Virus record (IMG/VR): IMGVR_UViG_3300027985_000227
Coordinates: 1,470 to 65,469 of that record
DNA length: 64,000 nt
Direction: 5' to 3' (one strand)
Source: a virus
Lineage: Duplodnaviria > Caudoviricetes
The notes under the pieces: generated by a model
Databases searched by the model: none
What the model was told of the DNA's origin: nothing
What the model saw: the letters and a program-made list of their open reading frames with translations, nothing else
Position numbers and translations under genes: made by a program
Part shown: positions 47,995-57,500 of the stretch, one piece after another
How positions within the stretch are numbered: the first letter of the stretch is position 1
Layout: every line of letters begins with the position of its first letter

Positions 47995-48915
47995 TTAGTT
48001 CTTGATGCCAGTTCGAATAGCCAGACCCTTCTCGTTGAAGTTGGCCAGGCCATTGTAGAACTTGATACGGGTGATGGTTTCGTCCTTACCTTCAGCCTCA
48101 CCGATTTCAGCGATACGGATACCGGCTTCACCCATGGCAGTCAGACCAGCGATGCCGTAAGACATCGAACCGTCGTCTACAGTACCGGCGATAATGGTGG
48201 TCGCGGTTGTAGTAGCGCCGACAGTCTGGTCGATCGGGATGTTGTCGTTGCGGAAGATAGGAGTACCGCGATAACCAGGTATCTGTACACCAGAAGGCAG
48301 TGTAACGACGTCACCGATACCTGCTCCACCAAGAGCACGAAGCAGTGTGTAGTAGGAGCGAAGAGTACGAGAGTTCATCTGGATGTAATCGACAACACCA
48401 TTCTTGTCTTTCACAGTATCCATCAGCTCATCCAGGATCTCGAAACTCAGGTCATCGCCATCAGTGGCAACCTCACCGATAGTCTGGCCAGCGGCCACCA
48501 AGGCCAACAGACCTTCGAAGGTGTTGGAGGTACCGTCACCATTGATCAGGTTATCGCGATAAGTCAGGCCGATATTTTTGGCCTTAGAAGCGATCTGCAC
48601 CAGTTTCTGGTCGTTGATGTTGGAGCGAGTGGCCTGAATAAGACCGTTCACCTCAGCGTCACCGATCAGAGTGGTGAGGCTGGACGTAACCTGCGTGAAG
48701 GTGGCAGGATTCTTGGCGGTGATGGAGTCACCAACACCGGCGAACTGAACATCACCAAGCGCGTTCTCACGGTTGTACGCCAGAGCGTTGCCTTCGATCT
48801 CGGTAAACGGGAGGATCTCGTAAAACCGGTCAACGACGATCATGTTTTCGATGATACCTGCCACAAGCATGTCCTGAGACAGTTTGGCAGACTCAGTAAG
48901 CGTAACTGTAGCCAT
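47995..48915 (-). CDS. major capsid protein
   Basis: MATVTL.ESAKLSQD.L.AG.IE...LPF..I.GNALAYNRE; strong codon bias. Confidence 0.9.
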   Translation of the reverse strand: MATVTLTESAKLSQDMLVAGIIENMIVVDRFYEILPFTEIEGNALAYNRENALGDVQFAGVGDSITAKNPATFTQVTSSLTTLIGDAEVNGLIQATRSNINDQKLVQIASKAKNIGLTYRDNLINGDGTSNTFEGLLALVAAGQTIGEVATDGDDLSFEILDELMDTVKDKNGVVDYIQMNSRTLRSYYTLLRALGGAGIGDVVTLPSGVQIPGYRGTPIFRNDNIPIDQTVGATTTATTIIAGTVDDGSMSYGIAGLTAMGEAGIRIAEIGEAEGKDETITRIKFYNGLANFNEKGLAIRTGIKN

Positions 48916-49045
48916 TTAAATGTTCCTCTGGTAGGAGTTGATTACAAGTCCTCCACCGGAGGATTAGCTGGAAGGTTTCATTGCAGCTACTTATATATTA
49001 CTGCAGCGACTCCTTAAAGTACATACCGAAATTAAAGTTTTTGAA

Positions 49046-49576
49046 TCACCGATCCTTAACTTTGATTTTGACAGACCTGTTAATTACCTCGACAAAACCA
49101 TTAGCTCTGTTGATTGTGAGTTGATTTGTTAGTATGAAACTAGAGACTCCGTCAGGCACCGCACTGACTCTGGTATACGTATCATATGTGTCTACTCCAT
49201 CGTTATCTATAGTGACTCCGCCATCTACAGACCACTCGCTAGACGAGATAGTGTCGCCAGTCTCAAGTTCAAAATCATCAGTGTGCATTTCCCATTGAAC
49301 TGATCCATCATCAACTAAGTCATCCTCAGCTGAACCCCATGTGGGCTCAACAGCACCAGTCACTCCTGTGGATATGCATTCAGCATAAAATCCAGTCAAA
49401 GATAGTGGTCTGACCACATCACCGGACTGGCCTTCCACCAATGACTGCTTCTTTTCAGCTAAAGATGTCCAATCTGGTGCACGATACCTGAACGTGTAAT
49501 ACACGCTTTCATCAGGATCGTGCACCATAGCTATGGCTAATGGCTTTTTCTGGCTGGCGCTGTATATAAAAGCCAT
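49046..49576 (-). CDS. virion-associated hypothetical protein
   Basis: HDPDE.VYYTF, GVTGAVEPTW...DGSVQW motifs. Confidence 0.65.
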   Translation of the reverse strand: MAFIYSASQKKPLAIAMVHDPDESVYYTFRYRAPDWTSLAEKKQSLVEGQSGDVVRPLSLTGFYAECISTGVTGAVEPTWGSAEDDLVDDGSVQWEMHTDDFELETGDTISSSEWSVDGGVTIDNDGVDTYDTYTRVSAVPDGVSSFILTNQLTINRANGFVEVINRSVKIKVKDR

Positions 49577-49586
49577 ATTCTACTCC

Positions 49587-49946
49587 TTAAGCAGGATCAC
49601 TGATCTCGTGATCATGCGCAGGCACTGTAACGGTACCACCACTGGTGAGACCTTGAGCTGTGCAGGTTGTGATGACATAGTCCGTACCGTCATCAATGGT
49701 AATGTGGTCAGCTGTTCCATCAGACGTAATGCTGATATTGGACTGCTGAGCCACAGTAACCTTCCTGCCAGACGTATCACCGTCGGCCTTTGTGAAGTCA
49801 GCGCCATCAATGGTGACAGACGCTAACTCACGTGCAGCTATATCCGCATAGCTTACAGGCTGACCAGCGCACACTGTAAGGGTTGTGCATGTGGCGATCT
49901 TGTCGAGACCGCCATCGATCATCGCGTTGGTTGCTACTTTAGCCAC
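49587..49946 (-). CDS. virion-associated protein (possible head decoration)
   Basis: 119 aa, Thr/Ala/Gly-rich; GGAGA RBS. Confidence 0.7.
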   Translation of the reverse strand: MAKVATNAMIDGGLDKIATCTTLTVCAGQPVSYADIAARELASVTIDGADFTKADGDTSGRKVTVAQQSNISITSDGTADHITIDDGTDYVITTCTAQGLTSGGTVTVPAHDHEISDPA

Positions 49947-50217
49947 TGATATTCTCCGAAGTAGCGCCCATTACTGTGCTATTTGGAGCAAGCACCACAT
50001 GGGACGGTTCAGGTTTACCGGTAGGAACTTCGCCAGACAGGTCCTTGAACCAGCCCATAGAGCAGCCGTACATACCGAATGCTTTTCCAACTATCCACAC
50101 TTCTTCAGGGATTCCGACGTGCAGCATGTTGGTATCAGGATCAGCGTGCTTAAAAGACTTAAGCACCTCTACCTTCATTTCACCAGGATTCATTGTTTTC
50201 TCCGGTTTACGTTTCAA
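49939..50217 (-). CDS. hypothetical protein
   Basis: 92-aa ORF in the operon. Confidence 0.55.
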   Translation of the reverse strand: MKRKPEKTMNPGEMKVEVLKSFKHADPDTNMLHVGIPEEVWIVGKAFGMYGCSMGWFKDLSGEVPTGKPEPSHVVLAPNSTVMGATSENISG

Positions 50218-52720
50218 TTATTGGCTTAATCTTGTGCATGTCCACATCGGAATCATAAGCCGCCATACTAACTAGCCGACTTGTACTAAACACCGTTATA
50301 GTACGACTAGAAGATTTTATTAACACGGCGTTAGTGTCAGGAATATACACTGCGCCTTCAATTAACTCTATGTTGTCTAGGACGAAAGAGTACAATAAGT
50401 CTGAGACAACCAACACGTTATGCTGAGACAGCTCAACACTGTCTAACAAGTACTCAAACGTAGTGCTATTTACGCTTAGTACATTATTCTGCAGCAAATC
50501 TATATTTTCAGCCATATACAGATACTGCAGGTCATCCACTGACAATATGAACGATATAGATACAGATACGTTATCATACGTCTGACTATATAGCAATCCA
50601 TTTATAGCTAACGTATTGTGCTGAGCTATAGCCACATTATCATACGTCATTGAAAACAACGTATCATTTACACCAAGTATTCCAGACTGTGATAACGACA
50701 CGTTGTCTATAGTATACAAAAACTGTGTGTCTTGAACAGCTAGTACACCTACAGACGATAACCCAAATGACTCTAATAAATACGAAAATAAGGTATCTTG
50801 TACAGATAAAATATTATTCTGTACTAAATCTACACTATCCACCACATACCCAAAAGCTGTATCAGATACCGATAAGTTGTTATTCTGTATAAGATCTAAT
50901 CCATCTATTGAGTATGTAAACAGTGTGTCGCTTGTGCTTAACGTATTGCCCTGGTTAAGCTCAACATTGTCGATAGTATAATTATATAACAAAGAATTCC
51001 CAGATAAAACATTGGATTGTATTAAATCTAGATTATCTGTTAAGTATGAGAATAGCGTGTCTTGTACAGATAAGATATTATTCTGTACTAAATCCACGTT
51101 ATCAATAACGTATCCAAACACTGTATCTAATACTGACAAATTAAGTTCAATGGACAAAGTTACATTATCAATCGTATAAGTATATGCTGCATCACTTACA
51201 GTCAAGGAATAGACTGCAGACACAACAACTGACTCTAGAGAATACGAATAGGTAGCATCACTAACTGCCAGCACATACTCAGCAGACAAAACTACGTTAT
51301 CTAATGTATATGATAATTGAGAGCTATTTACTGTAAGAGAATACGTTACAGATAACGATATTGGATCAATCACATATGTGAAATTTATTTTATCGATAGC
51401 TAATATATTGGCTTGAATTATACTTACAGAATCTAGTGTATAACCTTTAAGAGTGTCTTGTACTGACAATATGTTATGTTGAGTTAAAGCAAATGGATCT
51501 GTTGTATAAGAAAACAGCGTATCACTTACTGATAGATCTGTAGATTGTATCAGAGCCACCCCATCTATTGTATACGTATACTGAGAGTCGTTCATAGATA
51601 ACACATTATTTTGTATTAAAGATACAGACTCTAATGTATATGACATAAGAGTGTCATTAAGGCTTAAAACATTCTGTTGTACCAGTGTAGGTACATCGAA
51701 CGACAATCCATACGCACAATCGTTGACTGTAAGAGTTACAGCTCCACCGCCAACTATATCATCTGCACCTACAGACCACGTCCCACTGATAGTGGCCGAC
51801 CGATTGGAGATCGGCACATCGATCTCAGGGTAGGTTGCAGGACTGTAGGCGGTAGAGCCAGCCTGATAACTGACCGCATTGGTATCTTTGAGACGCAGGT
51901 CGACACCTGACCAGCCACTACCACCTGCATCATAGACCGATATCACCTCGTTAGCGTCGGTTATGTTAGTCAACCCGGCAGCGGCATCTCCTGTGCCGTC
52001 GAATGTCGCGTTGTTATCTTTGGATGTATAGGTACCTATGGCGCCACCGGATCCTATATTACTCAGGCATAAGTTGTTCTCGAGTGGGACATTTCCACTC
52101 AAATCATTGAGTGATTCATCTCCGTTGTTAGATGCATCGGAATAGCCAACCGTGTTTTGCGCAAAAATGGATCCAGTCTCTGCAGAGGCAGAGTTAAAAT
52201 AAACAACTTCACCGCCACCCCCATAAAATATATTTCTATAGAGTTGATAAATGCCAGTCTTTCTGGACTGTACAAAGATTTGCCTGTTGTCCGATGAATT
52301 GCCATCATTATGGACGATATTGTGATGCAGGCGCGACCTGACGGTGGCCGAGTTAATGTATAGATCGATGTCTCGCGCCGTTGAATTCACGGTCTGCTCG
52401 ACGTCGAGCCAAGAGATCTCGATAGCCCCCGAGATTCGCCAGGGCGTGGAAGCTGAAAATGTCAATCTGGCGCAGGAAACACCTGACACGTTAAATGCGC
52501 GTCCATCATGCTCTGCGCCAGCCTGGGCGGTCAGCTTGCATTGATAGGTGTCGTTGTTGTAGTTGGAACCAGGTGCGATCGTAAGCGTTGCGCCGCTGGC
52601 ATCACCTACAACGGACTCGGCCATCACCTCACCGATCCAGTCCTCTGTATTCGGTGCAGCAGCAAGCCATGATTGGACGTCATTATAGTCACCTAACAGG
52701 CCGATAGTGCTAACAGTCAT
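50207..52720 (-). CDS. long virion fibre-like protein with ~21 tandem 22-aa repeats
   Basis: repeat unit like NILSVQDTLFSYLTDNLDLIQS; N-terminal beta-rich domain. Confidence 0.75.
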   Translation of the reverse strand: MTVSTIGLLGDYNDVQSWLAAAPNTEDWIGEVMAESVVGDASGATLTIAPGSNYNNDTYQCKLTAQAGAEHDGRAFNVSGVSCARLTFSASTPWRISGAIEISWLDVEQTVNSTARDIDLYINSATVRSRLHHNIVHNDGNSSDNRQIFVQSRKTGIYQLYRNIFYGGGGEVVYFNSASAETGSIFAQNTVGYSDASNNGDESLNDLSGNVPLENNLCLSNIGSGGAIGTYTSKDNNATFDGTGDAAAGLTNITDANEVISVYDAGGSGWSGVDLRLKDTNAVSYQAGSTAYSPATYPEIDVPISNRSATISGTWSVGADDIVGGGAVTLTVNDCAYGLSFDVPTLVQQNVLSLNDTLMSYTLESVSLIQNNVLSMNDSQYTYTIDGVALIQSTDLSVSDTLFSYTTDPFALTQHNILSVQDTLKGYTLDSVSIIQANILAIDKINFTYVIDPISLSVTYSLTVNSSQLSYTLDNVVLSAEYVLAVSDATYSYSLESVVVSAVYSLTVSDAAYTYTIDNVTLSIELNLSVLDTVFGYVIDNVDLVQNNILSVQDTLFSYLTDNLDLIQSNVLSGNSLLYNYTIDNVELNQGNTLSTSDTLFTYSIDGLDLIQNNNLSVSDTAFGYVVDSVDLVQNNILSVQDTLFSYLLESFGLSSVGVLAVQDTQFLYTIDNVSLSQSGILGVNDTLFSMTYDNVAIAQHNTLAINGLLYSQTYDNVSVSISFILSVDDLQYLYMAENIDLLQNNVLSVNSTTFEYLLDSVELSQHNVLVVSDLLYSFVLDNIELIEGAVYIPDTNAVLIKSSSRTITVFSTSRLVSMAAYDSDVDMHKIKPIIET

Positions 52721-53370
52721 AGTACTGGCGCCTCGGTCGGCTTGACGAATTGCACGTCGACAGGCCGATCGAAATCAGTATCTACGGAGACAGTAGGATC
52801 GATGATGTGGAGATACTCCTCCTCAGTGACATCCACCGAGATCAGAGCGCCGAGTACGTCGATGGTTGAGGCGGTCGCGTGATAAGTTATCTCGTCAGCC
52901 CCCAGCAGCGTGATGGGGGATACATCGACGAAGAGAGTTCCGGCGACCAATGCCGGTAGGCTTTGTGTCTTCTGCTTTTTGCCCCAGATCCAGGTGTCCA
53001 TCAGGTCGCGCTGGCCTCGAGGATCTTTGCCCATCGCCGCCTTGAGTCCGGAGTCGATGACGTACTTCATCCAGAAGGCAGCCGTATCGATCTGGTTGTT
53101 GAAGAAGCCGTCGCGCTTGGCGGAAAACCAGGCGTCGCGGAATTCCTGAGTCCATCGATCAAGGAGCACTTGGAACCAGGGCAATTTGCTAGCGTAGCGG
53201 TGGCGGTTAGCCGGCGAGGCCAGGTCGAACGCGATCTCCATCCACTTGACCATGCGCGCATGATCGCTGACCGCTGTGATCACAGCGCCCTGCGGTATAT
53301 AGCGCCGCTCGGTGTCACTCAGCGTCACCATGCGCGCATTGGTCTGGATGAGGATTTCAGTAGCCATCAA
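52717..53370 (-). CDS. hypothetical protein
   Basis: 217-aa ORF overlapping neighbours by ATGA; GC-rich codons. Confidence 0.65.
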   Translation of the reverse strand: MMATEILIQTNARMVTLSDTERRYIPQGAVITAVSDHARMVKWMEIAFDLASPANRHRYASKLPWFQVLLDRWTQEFRDAWFSAKRDGFFNNQIDTAAFWMKYVIDSGLKAAMGKDPRGQRDLMDTWIWGKKQKTQSLPALVAGTLFVDVSPITLLGADEITYHATASTIDVLGALISVDVTEEEYLHIIDPTVSVDTDFDRPVDVQFVKPTEAPVL

Positions 53371-53555
53371 TCGTCACAAAATCCCAGTTTCTTTCGGCGT
53401 GCCTCGCTCATCTCCTTTAACTCCCACGGCTGAAGAGGACATAAGTCGTGCAAGGTCTTCGCCCCATTGGTGTCAACTGCACGCGGGTGTCCGAAGATGA
53501 GCGCAGGTGGAGTTGTCTGATCAAGCGGGTCCATTATTGCTCTGTGATCGTGCAA
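53367..53555 (-). CDS. hypothetical protein
   Basis: small ORF linking adjacent genes. Confidence 0.45.
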   Translation of the reverse strand: MHDHRAIMDPLDQTTPPALIFGHPRAVDTNGAKTLHDLCPLQPWELKEMSEARRKKLGFCDD

Positions 53556-53959
53556 CCATCACACGACGTAATGCTGACAATCAGCGTAGATACCAGTACA
53601 GCAGCGTCGGATTGAACTATATACGCTTTGACGAATTCATTAGACAAAGCAGACTCAACTCCATCCTTATCCACTACGTACGCTATAAACACCACACTGT
53701 ATGGGGTGGCCTTCGGTACCAGATTAATGGTGTACGGTGTATCAAAACCCCACGGAGCAGCTATAACACCTGGCTGCTGAACACCATCTACCTTTACATA
53801 GATATGGCATTCATTACCTAACTCTGATGGTGCTAGTGGAGTGCTGTCATTACGTGTATCCGGTGCTACACACTTTAAGCTAAAAACACTGTCATTCTCT
53901 ACCGCACTAGCAGGTATGGCCATAAATGACAGCAGGGCTGCGATACAGAGATAAATCAT
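53534..53959 (-). CDS. secreted Fn3/Ig-like protein
   Basis: signal-peptide-like MIYLCIAALLSFMAIPASA; AP..R.D.TPL...EL and VDKDGVESALSNE pattern. Confidence 0.55.
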   Translation of the reverse strand: MIYLCIAALLSFMAIPASAVENDSVFSLKCVAPDTRNDSTPLAPSELGNECHIYVKVDGVQQPGVIAAPWGFDTPYTINLVPKATPYSVVFIAYVVDKDGVESALSNEFVKAYIVQSDAAVLVSTLIVSITSCDGCTITEQ

Positions 53960-53981
53960 AAAATACCATTTGGTATTCGGG

Positions 53982-54302
53982 TTACTTGTAAGGTGTTTCA
54001 ATTCGCTTCTCCAATCGTTTACAGTCTTTCGCAACGTCAAGACAGTCTCTTCGTGTCTCCCACATGTCGTACTCGAGTTTGTAAAGTCTTTTATCCATTT
54101 CTGACTCATGCTTGTCATATTTAAGCCTCAGTTGTACGACTATATCTTTGACATTTTCAAGCTGTTCAACAGTTACAGGTTTATTGCCGTTTACGTATTC
54201 AGAGGTGATCCTATCGTACGCAACATTTCCAACTTGCGTAAGCAAAGCTGCAGCGACTATTACCGCCTTGATGCTAACTTGCTGATCACCGACATCTGAC
54301 AT
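53982..54302 (-). CDS. membrane-anchored coiled-coil protein (lysis cassette)
   Basis: hydrophobic N-terminal segment then coiled coil. Confidence 0.55.
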   Translation of the reverse strand: MSDVGDQQVSIKAVIVAAALLTQVGNVAYDRITSEYVNGNKPVTVEQLENVKDIVVQLRLKYDKHESEMDKRLYKLEYDMWETRRDCLDVAKDCKRLEKRIETPYK

Positions 54303-54487
54303 TACGGTGTATTCAGAATCCGGTCTTCGAGCGCGTCATTCTCACTCATGATAGATTTTAATTCATCAAGTGTGAGGTTATCACGACCTTCCATCTGCGC
54401 TTTTTGGACCAATTCCTGGAAACGCACAGCAACATTTACTGCGATAGATACAGAGTCTAACGCTATTAACATCGGGGACGTACTCAT
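54302..54487 (-). CDS. hypothetical protein (lysis cassette)
   Basis: 61-aa ORF, GAGGTG RBS, ATGA overlap. Confidence 0.55.
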   Translation of the reverse strand: MSTSPMLIALDSVSIAVNVAVRFQELVQKAQMEGRDNLTLDELKSIMSENDALEDRILNTP

Positions 54488-54834
54488 TTCACCTCCTCTG
54501 TGGTGACGTAGTATGAACGAAGGGACGTCAGAAGTTGACTGGCTAGAGCCAGTGTATTGGACGTAGTCTCAATATCACCTATCTCTAACGAGGTCTTCAT
54601 GACAGTTCGTGCAGCACTAACCTGACGTACTGTATTCTGGATTTCTTTCCATGTTGCGTCAGAAAAGCGATTTTCCTTTTTGTACAGCTGAATGGTCTTC
54701 AGCACTTCGCCATACGAAACTTCAAACAGTGCTACACGCTTTTCAAGTGTGTCTACAGGAACAGTAGCGCATGCACTCATTACTAGTGCTACTATTAGCA
54801 TAGACAGTACGAATGGATATTTAACGTATCTCAT
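54484..54834 (-). CDS. lipoprotein, possible spanin component
   Basis: signal peptide with lipobox-like VMSAC; follows holin and endolysin. Confidence 0.6.
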   Translation of the reverse strand: MRYVKYPFVLSMLIVALVMSACATVPVDTLEKRVALFEVSYGEVLKTIQLYKKENRFSDATWKEIQNTVRQVSAARTVMKTSLEIGDIETTSNTLALASQLLTSLRSYYVTTEEVK

Positions 54835-54840
54835 GTGCAG

Positions 54841-55020
54841 TCATTCCTTGTGTGGTATAGTGTATGAGATTAAACCAGTAACGAATACCACGAAAGCGCC
54901 ACTGATCTCGGGGGTTACAGCTTCTTTGTGCTCAGGAAAGAACAACAAAAAAAGCCATATCAGAAGTACTGCGAGTGCACCGCTAAACGATGTCACAGTC
55001 ACGGTGGTCTTATTTCCCAT
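54841..55020 (-). CDS. putative holin (59 aa; not in the ORF track)
   Basis: MGNKTTVTVTSFSGALAVLLIWLFLLFFPEHKEAVTPEISGAFVVFVTGLISYTIPHKE; two TM segments; GGAGA RBS; adjacent to the endolysin. Confidence 0.6.
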   Translation of the reverse strand: MGNKTTVTVTSFSGALAVLLIWLFLLFFPEHKEAVTPEISGAFVVFVTGLISYTIPHKE

Positions 55021-55022
55021 GA

Positions 55023-55361
55023 TTATCTCCGTACTGTGTTTGGGTGGGATTGGATGTGTAAGTGCAAGCCTTTGCCAGTATCATGACAAATAGCACACGA
55101 TTTATATGGACGTTTTGGATCGTACAGCCAGCGACTATTTATGATTCTTGCTATTTCGTCGCCAAGAGTCTGTACTCTACATCTGAAATCACAGCCACGA
55201 ACTGGCATTGTGCTATGGACACTAGAAGACGGATCACCTTCTCTATATAGACTTGTTATTGTAAAAGTTAATCCAGTAAACTCTTCTATATCTAGTACGA
55301 TCTCTCTAAGAGTTTCGTCTACGAACTTAAGTTGTGCTATGTCGATATTCATGGTGTCCAC
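55023..55361 (-). CDS. endolysin, peptidase M15-like
   Basis: ITSLYR...SVH....RGCD...HLHIQ zinc-peptidase motif. Confidence 0.7.
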   Translation of the reverse strand: MDTMNIDIAQLKFVDETLREIVLDIEEFTGLTFTITSLYREGDPSSSVHSTMPVRGCDFRCRVQTLGDEIARIINSRWLYDPKRPYKSCAICHDTGKGLHLHIQSHPNTVRR

Positions 55362-55423
55362 ACATAAAATTCCCCTATGGTATTACTATACCATAAGGGA
55401 ACTTCAATGTAAACAACGAATTA

Positions 55424-56137
55424 TTACTGTTGCTTGCGCTGATCCAGACCGGCCTGCAGTTTCTGCATGGATGTCATCTTGCTCGGATCGAGGTTACCAC
55501 TTGGATTTCTACCACCACCGGATCCGCCGCCTACCGATGGTTCGAACAGATGTGGTGCAGTCTTTATCAAGCCTTTCACCCATTCTCCAGGAGATAAAGG
55601 GGATGTACCGTCCTTTCCATACACCATGTTACCGTTGCTATCTTGAGGTGTGAGAACGCCGTCTACAACCTTGAACACAGACTTAGCTCGAAGAAGTACG
55701 TCGTCCACAGCAGAAGCCAGAACCTTCTCATTAGAAGCTTCACGACGAACAGCCGAATCCACCAGCAGAGATTCGAGTTGACGATTGAGTTTGTTGTTAG
55801 CCTCAGTCATGGTCTGTTTTTCTGTGTTGAAGTCGTTCTGCATTGTCTTCACACGCTCCAACACCATGTCATTGACCTCATCCATGGAGACCATCTTCTT
55901 GCCTTCAAACTCTTGCTGCTTCTTAAGCAGTTCTTGGTACTTGACAGGATCGACGTCCTTGAACTTTTCCATCTCTTTCATCAGATTGACATTAGTATTA
56001 CGAAATTCGTCCAACTTGGACTTGGCTACAGCGCCGTCAACTTCCAGGTAAAATTTCTTGTCTTGACCTTGAGAATATAGCTTAGCTGTACCTTCGTCCA
56101 GACCTTCCAGGGTATCTAACATGAATTTAAGAGCCAT
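55424..56137 (-). CDS. capsid scaffolding protein
   Basis: coiled coil; KLDEFRNTN; APHLFEPS.GGG; KLQAGL end; follows the portal gene. Confidence 0.8.
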   Translation of the reverse strand: MALKFMLDTLEGLDEGTAKLYSQGQDKKFYLEVDGAVAKSKLDEFRNTNVNLMKEMEKFKDVDPVKYQELLKKQQEFEGKKMVSMDEVNDMVLERVKTMQNDFNTEKQTMTEANNKLNRQLESLLVDSAVRREASNEKVLASAVDDVLLRAKSVFKVVDGVLTPQDSNGNMVYGKDGTSPLSPGEWVKGLIKTAPHLFEPSVGGGSGGGRNPSGNLDPSKMTSMQKLQAGLDQRKQQ

Positions 56138-56149
56138 TGTTATCTCCAA

Positions 56150-57499
56150 TTACGGTGTAGTAGTTCCAGTTGAAGCCGTAGGCGTACCTGGTTTGGGTTC
56201 GGTTGACTTAAATGTCTGGAACAATCGTTTAGTTTCAGGTGTAAGTTCCCCTCGCTCGAGGTTATAAAAGTAGGTCTCTTCATCAATAGCGCCTTCCAAA
56301 TACGCTTTTGTTAACTCACGCAGCTCCGCAGCTGATAATTGAGTTGATAAAAAGTCCTTATTCAGTGAAATATTCACAGAATTCTCATCAAGACCTATGT
56401 ATTTAGCTATGCTTTTATAGATCTTATTGAAAACATTTTCGAGTGCTACAGCCACACCTGTGAGTGTTGTGGCCTCAGAACTATGACGTAATTTAACTGT
56501 CTCAGCAGCCTCAGAGCCTCTTGTAGACGTATCCATCAGCCTAGCGCTAAACTGAGCCATATGACTGGTCTTTTCTTTAATAGCGTTTTCTAGTGTGTTC
56601 AACCCAGAGCCCAAAAACTCTAGATAATATGCTTTTGCTTTTTCATTAGGTATGATCCATGCAGTCTGTGATCCGATTTTAAGCACAGAGTCACTAGGAG
56701 CACCGGTAACTACTGGAGTAGGTAATGCAGTAAAATGGCGCCCATGCTCAAGATCAGCACTATTTATATACATACTCAGGTTAATGTCTACTATATCTAG
56801 TATGGGCGGTTTTACTGGATCTACACTTATACCATTTGGATTGACAATGTAAAATGGAATCTCTGTTAACGGAGAACCTCGTACCAACACAGCATGGGGT
56901 GGTGTATACAGAGCAAGCTTATCGTCATATACAGACTGATAATATATACCATTTATCAGCTGAAGGTGCCTGTAACGCACAGTTTCTATTTGAGAGAATT
57001 GATCACGTGGGTCAGATGTCATGTAGTACTCACGTAAGACTACACCTACTAGCACATCATTCTTTACAAACCAATTTAAAATGTTTTCGGTTACGTACGT
57101 TGATAAATACGGCTGTCCACCTTCGGCCGGCCAGTCAATAAGCAGTCCATAGCGTCCAACCATAAGCAATTCATTAGTCGCGTCACGAAATACTTCGTAA
57201 AAAGAGTACCTGGAGCCTGTAGCGTCGTCAAAAAACGGCGTAAGATCGTCCGGTTTATCAATTATAGGCGGTTTACGTGTCATCATGCCTACTAAACCGC
57301 TCAAGGATCGTCCTGCGACACTGAAAAACAGTGCTCGACGTTTATAGGCTATATATTCGATGTCGGTTTGACCTCCAAGCTTTGGAAGGTACTTAATGCT
57401 CTTAGATTTTACAGCGTCAGAGCCTTCAACGACATCACGACAGCGTGTCCACTGGTCTACACGGGCTTTATACTGAGCATGGCGTGTATCGACAGGCAT
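56150..57499 (-). CDS. portal protein (DUF4055-like)
   Basis: G..AVK....YLPKL...Y.AYKRRA.F; SADLEHG.H.TALPTP. Confidence 0.9.
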   Translation of the reverse strand: MPVDTRHAQYKARVDQWTRCRDVVEGSDAVKSKSIKYLPKLGGQTDIEYIAYKRRALFFSVAGRSLSGLVGMMTRKPPIIDKPDDLTPFFDDATGSRYSFYEVFRDATNELLMVGRYGLLIDWPAEGGQPYLSTYVTENILNWFVKNDVLVGVVLREYYMTSDPRDQFSQIETVRYRHLQLINGIYYQSVYDDKLALYTPPHAVLVRGSPLTEIPFYIVNPNGISVDPVKPPILDIVDINLSMYINSADLEHGRHFTALPTPVVTGAPSDSVLKIGSQTAWIIPNEKAKAYYLEFLGSGLNTLENAIKEKTSHMAQFSARLMDTSTRGSEAAETVKLRHSSEATTLTGVAVALENVFNKIYKSIAKYIGLDENSVNISLNKDFLSTQLSAAELRELTKAYLEGAIDEETYFYNLERGELTPETKRLFQTFKSTEPKPGTPTASTGTTTP

Positions 57500-57500
57500 T

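Noticed and set aside
47953-49017. 354-aa plus-strand ORF
   Set aside because: It lies antisense to the major capsid gene. Open antisense frames are expected from strong codon bias, and it has no recognisable motif.
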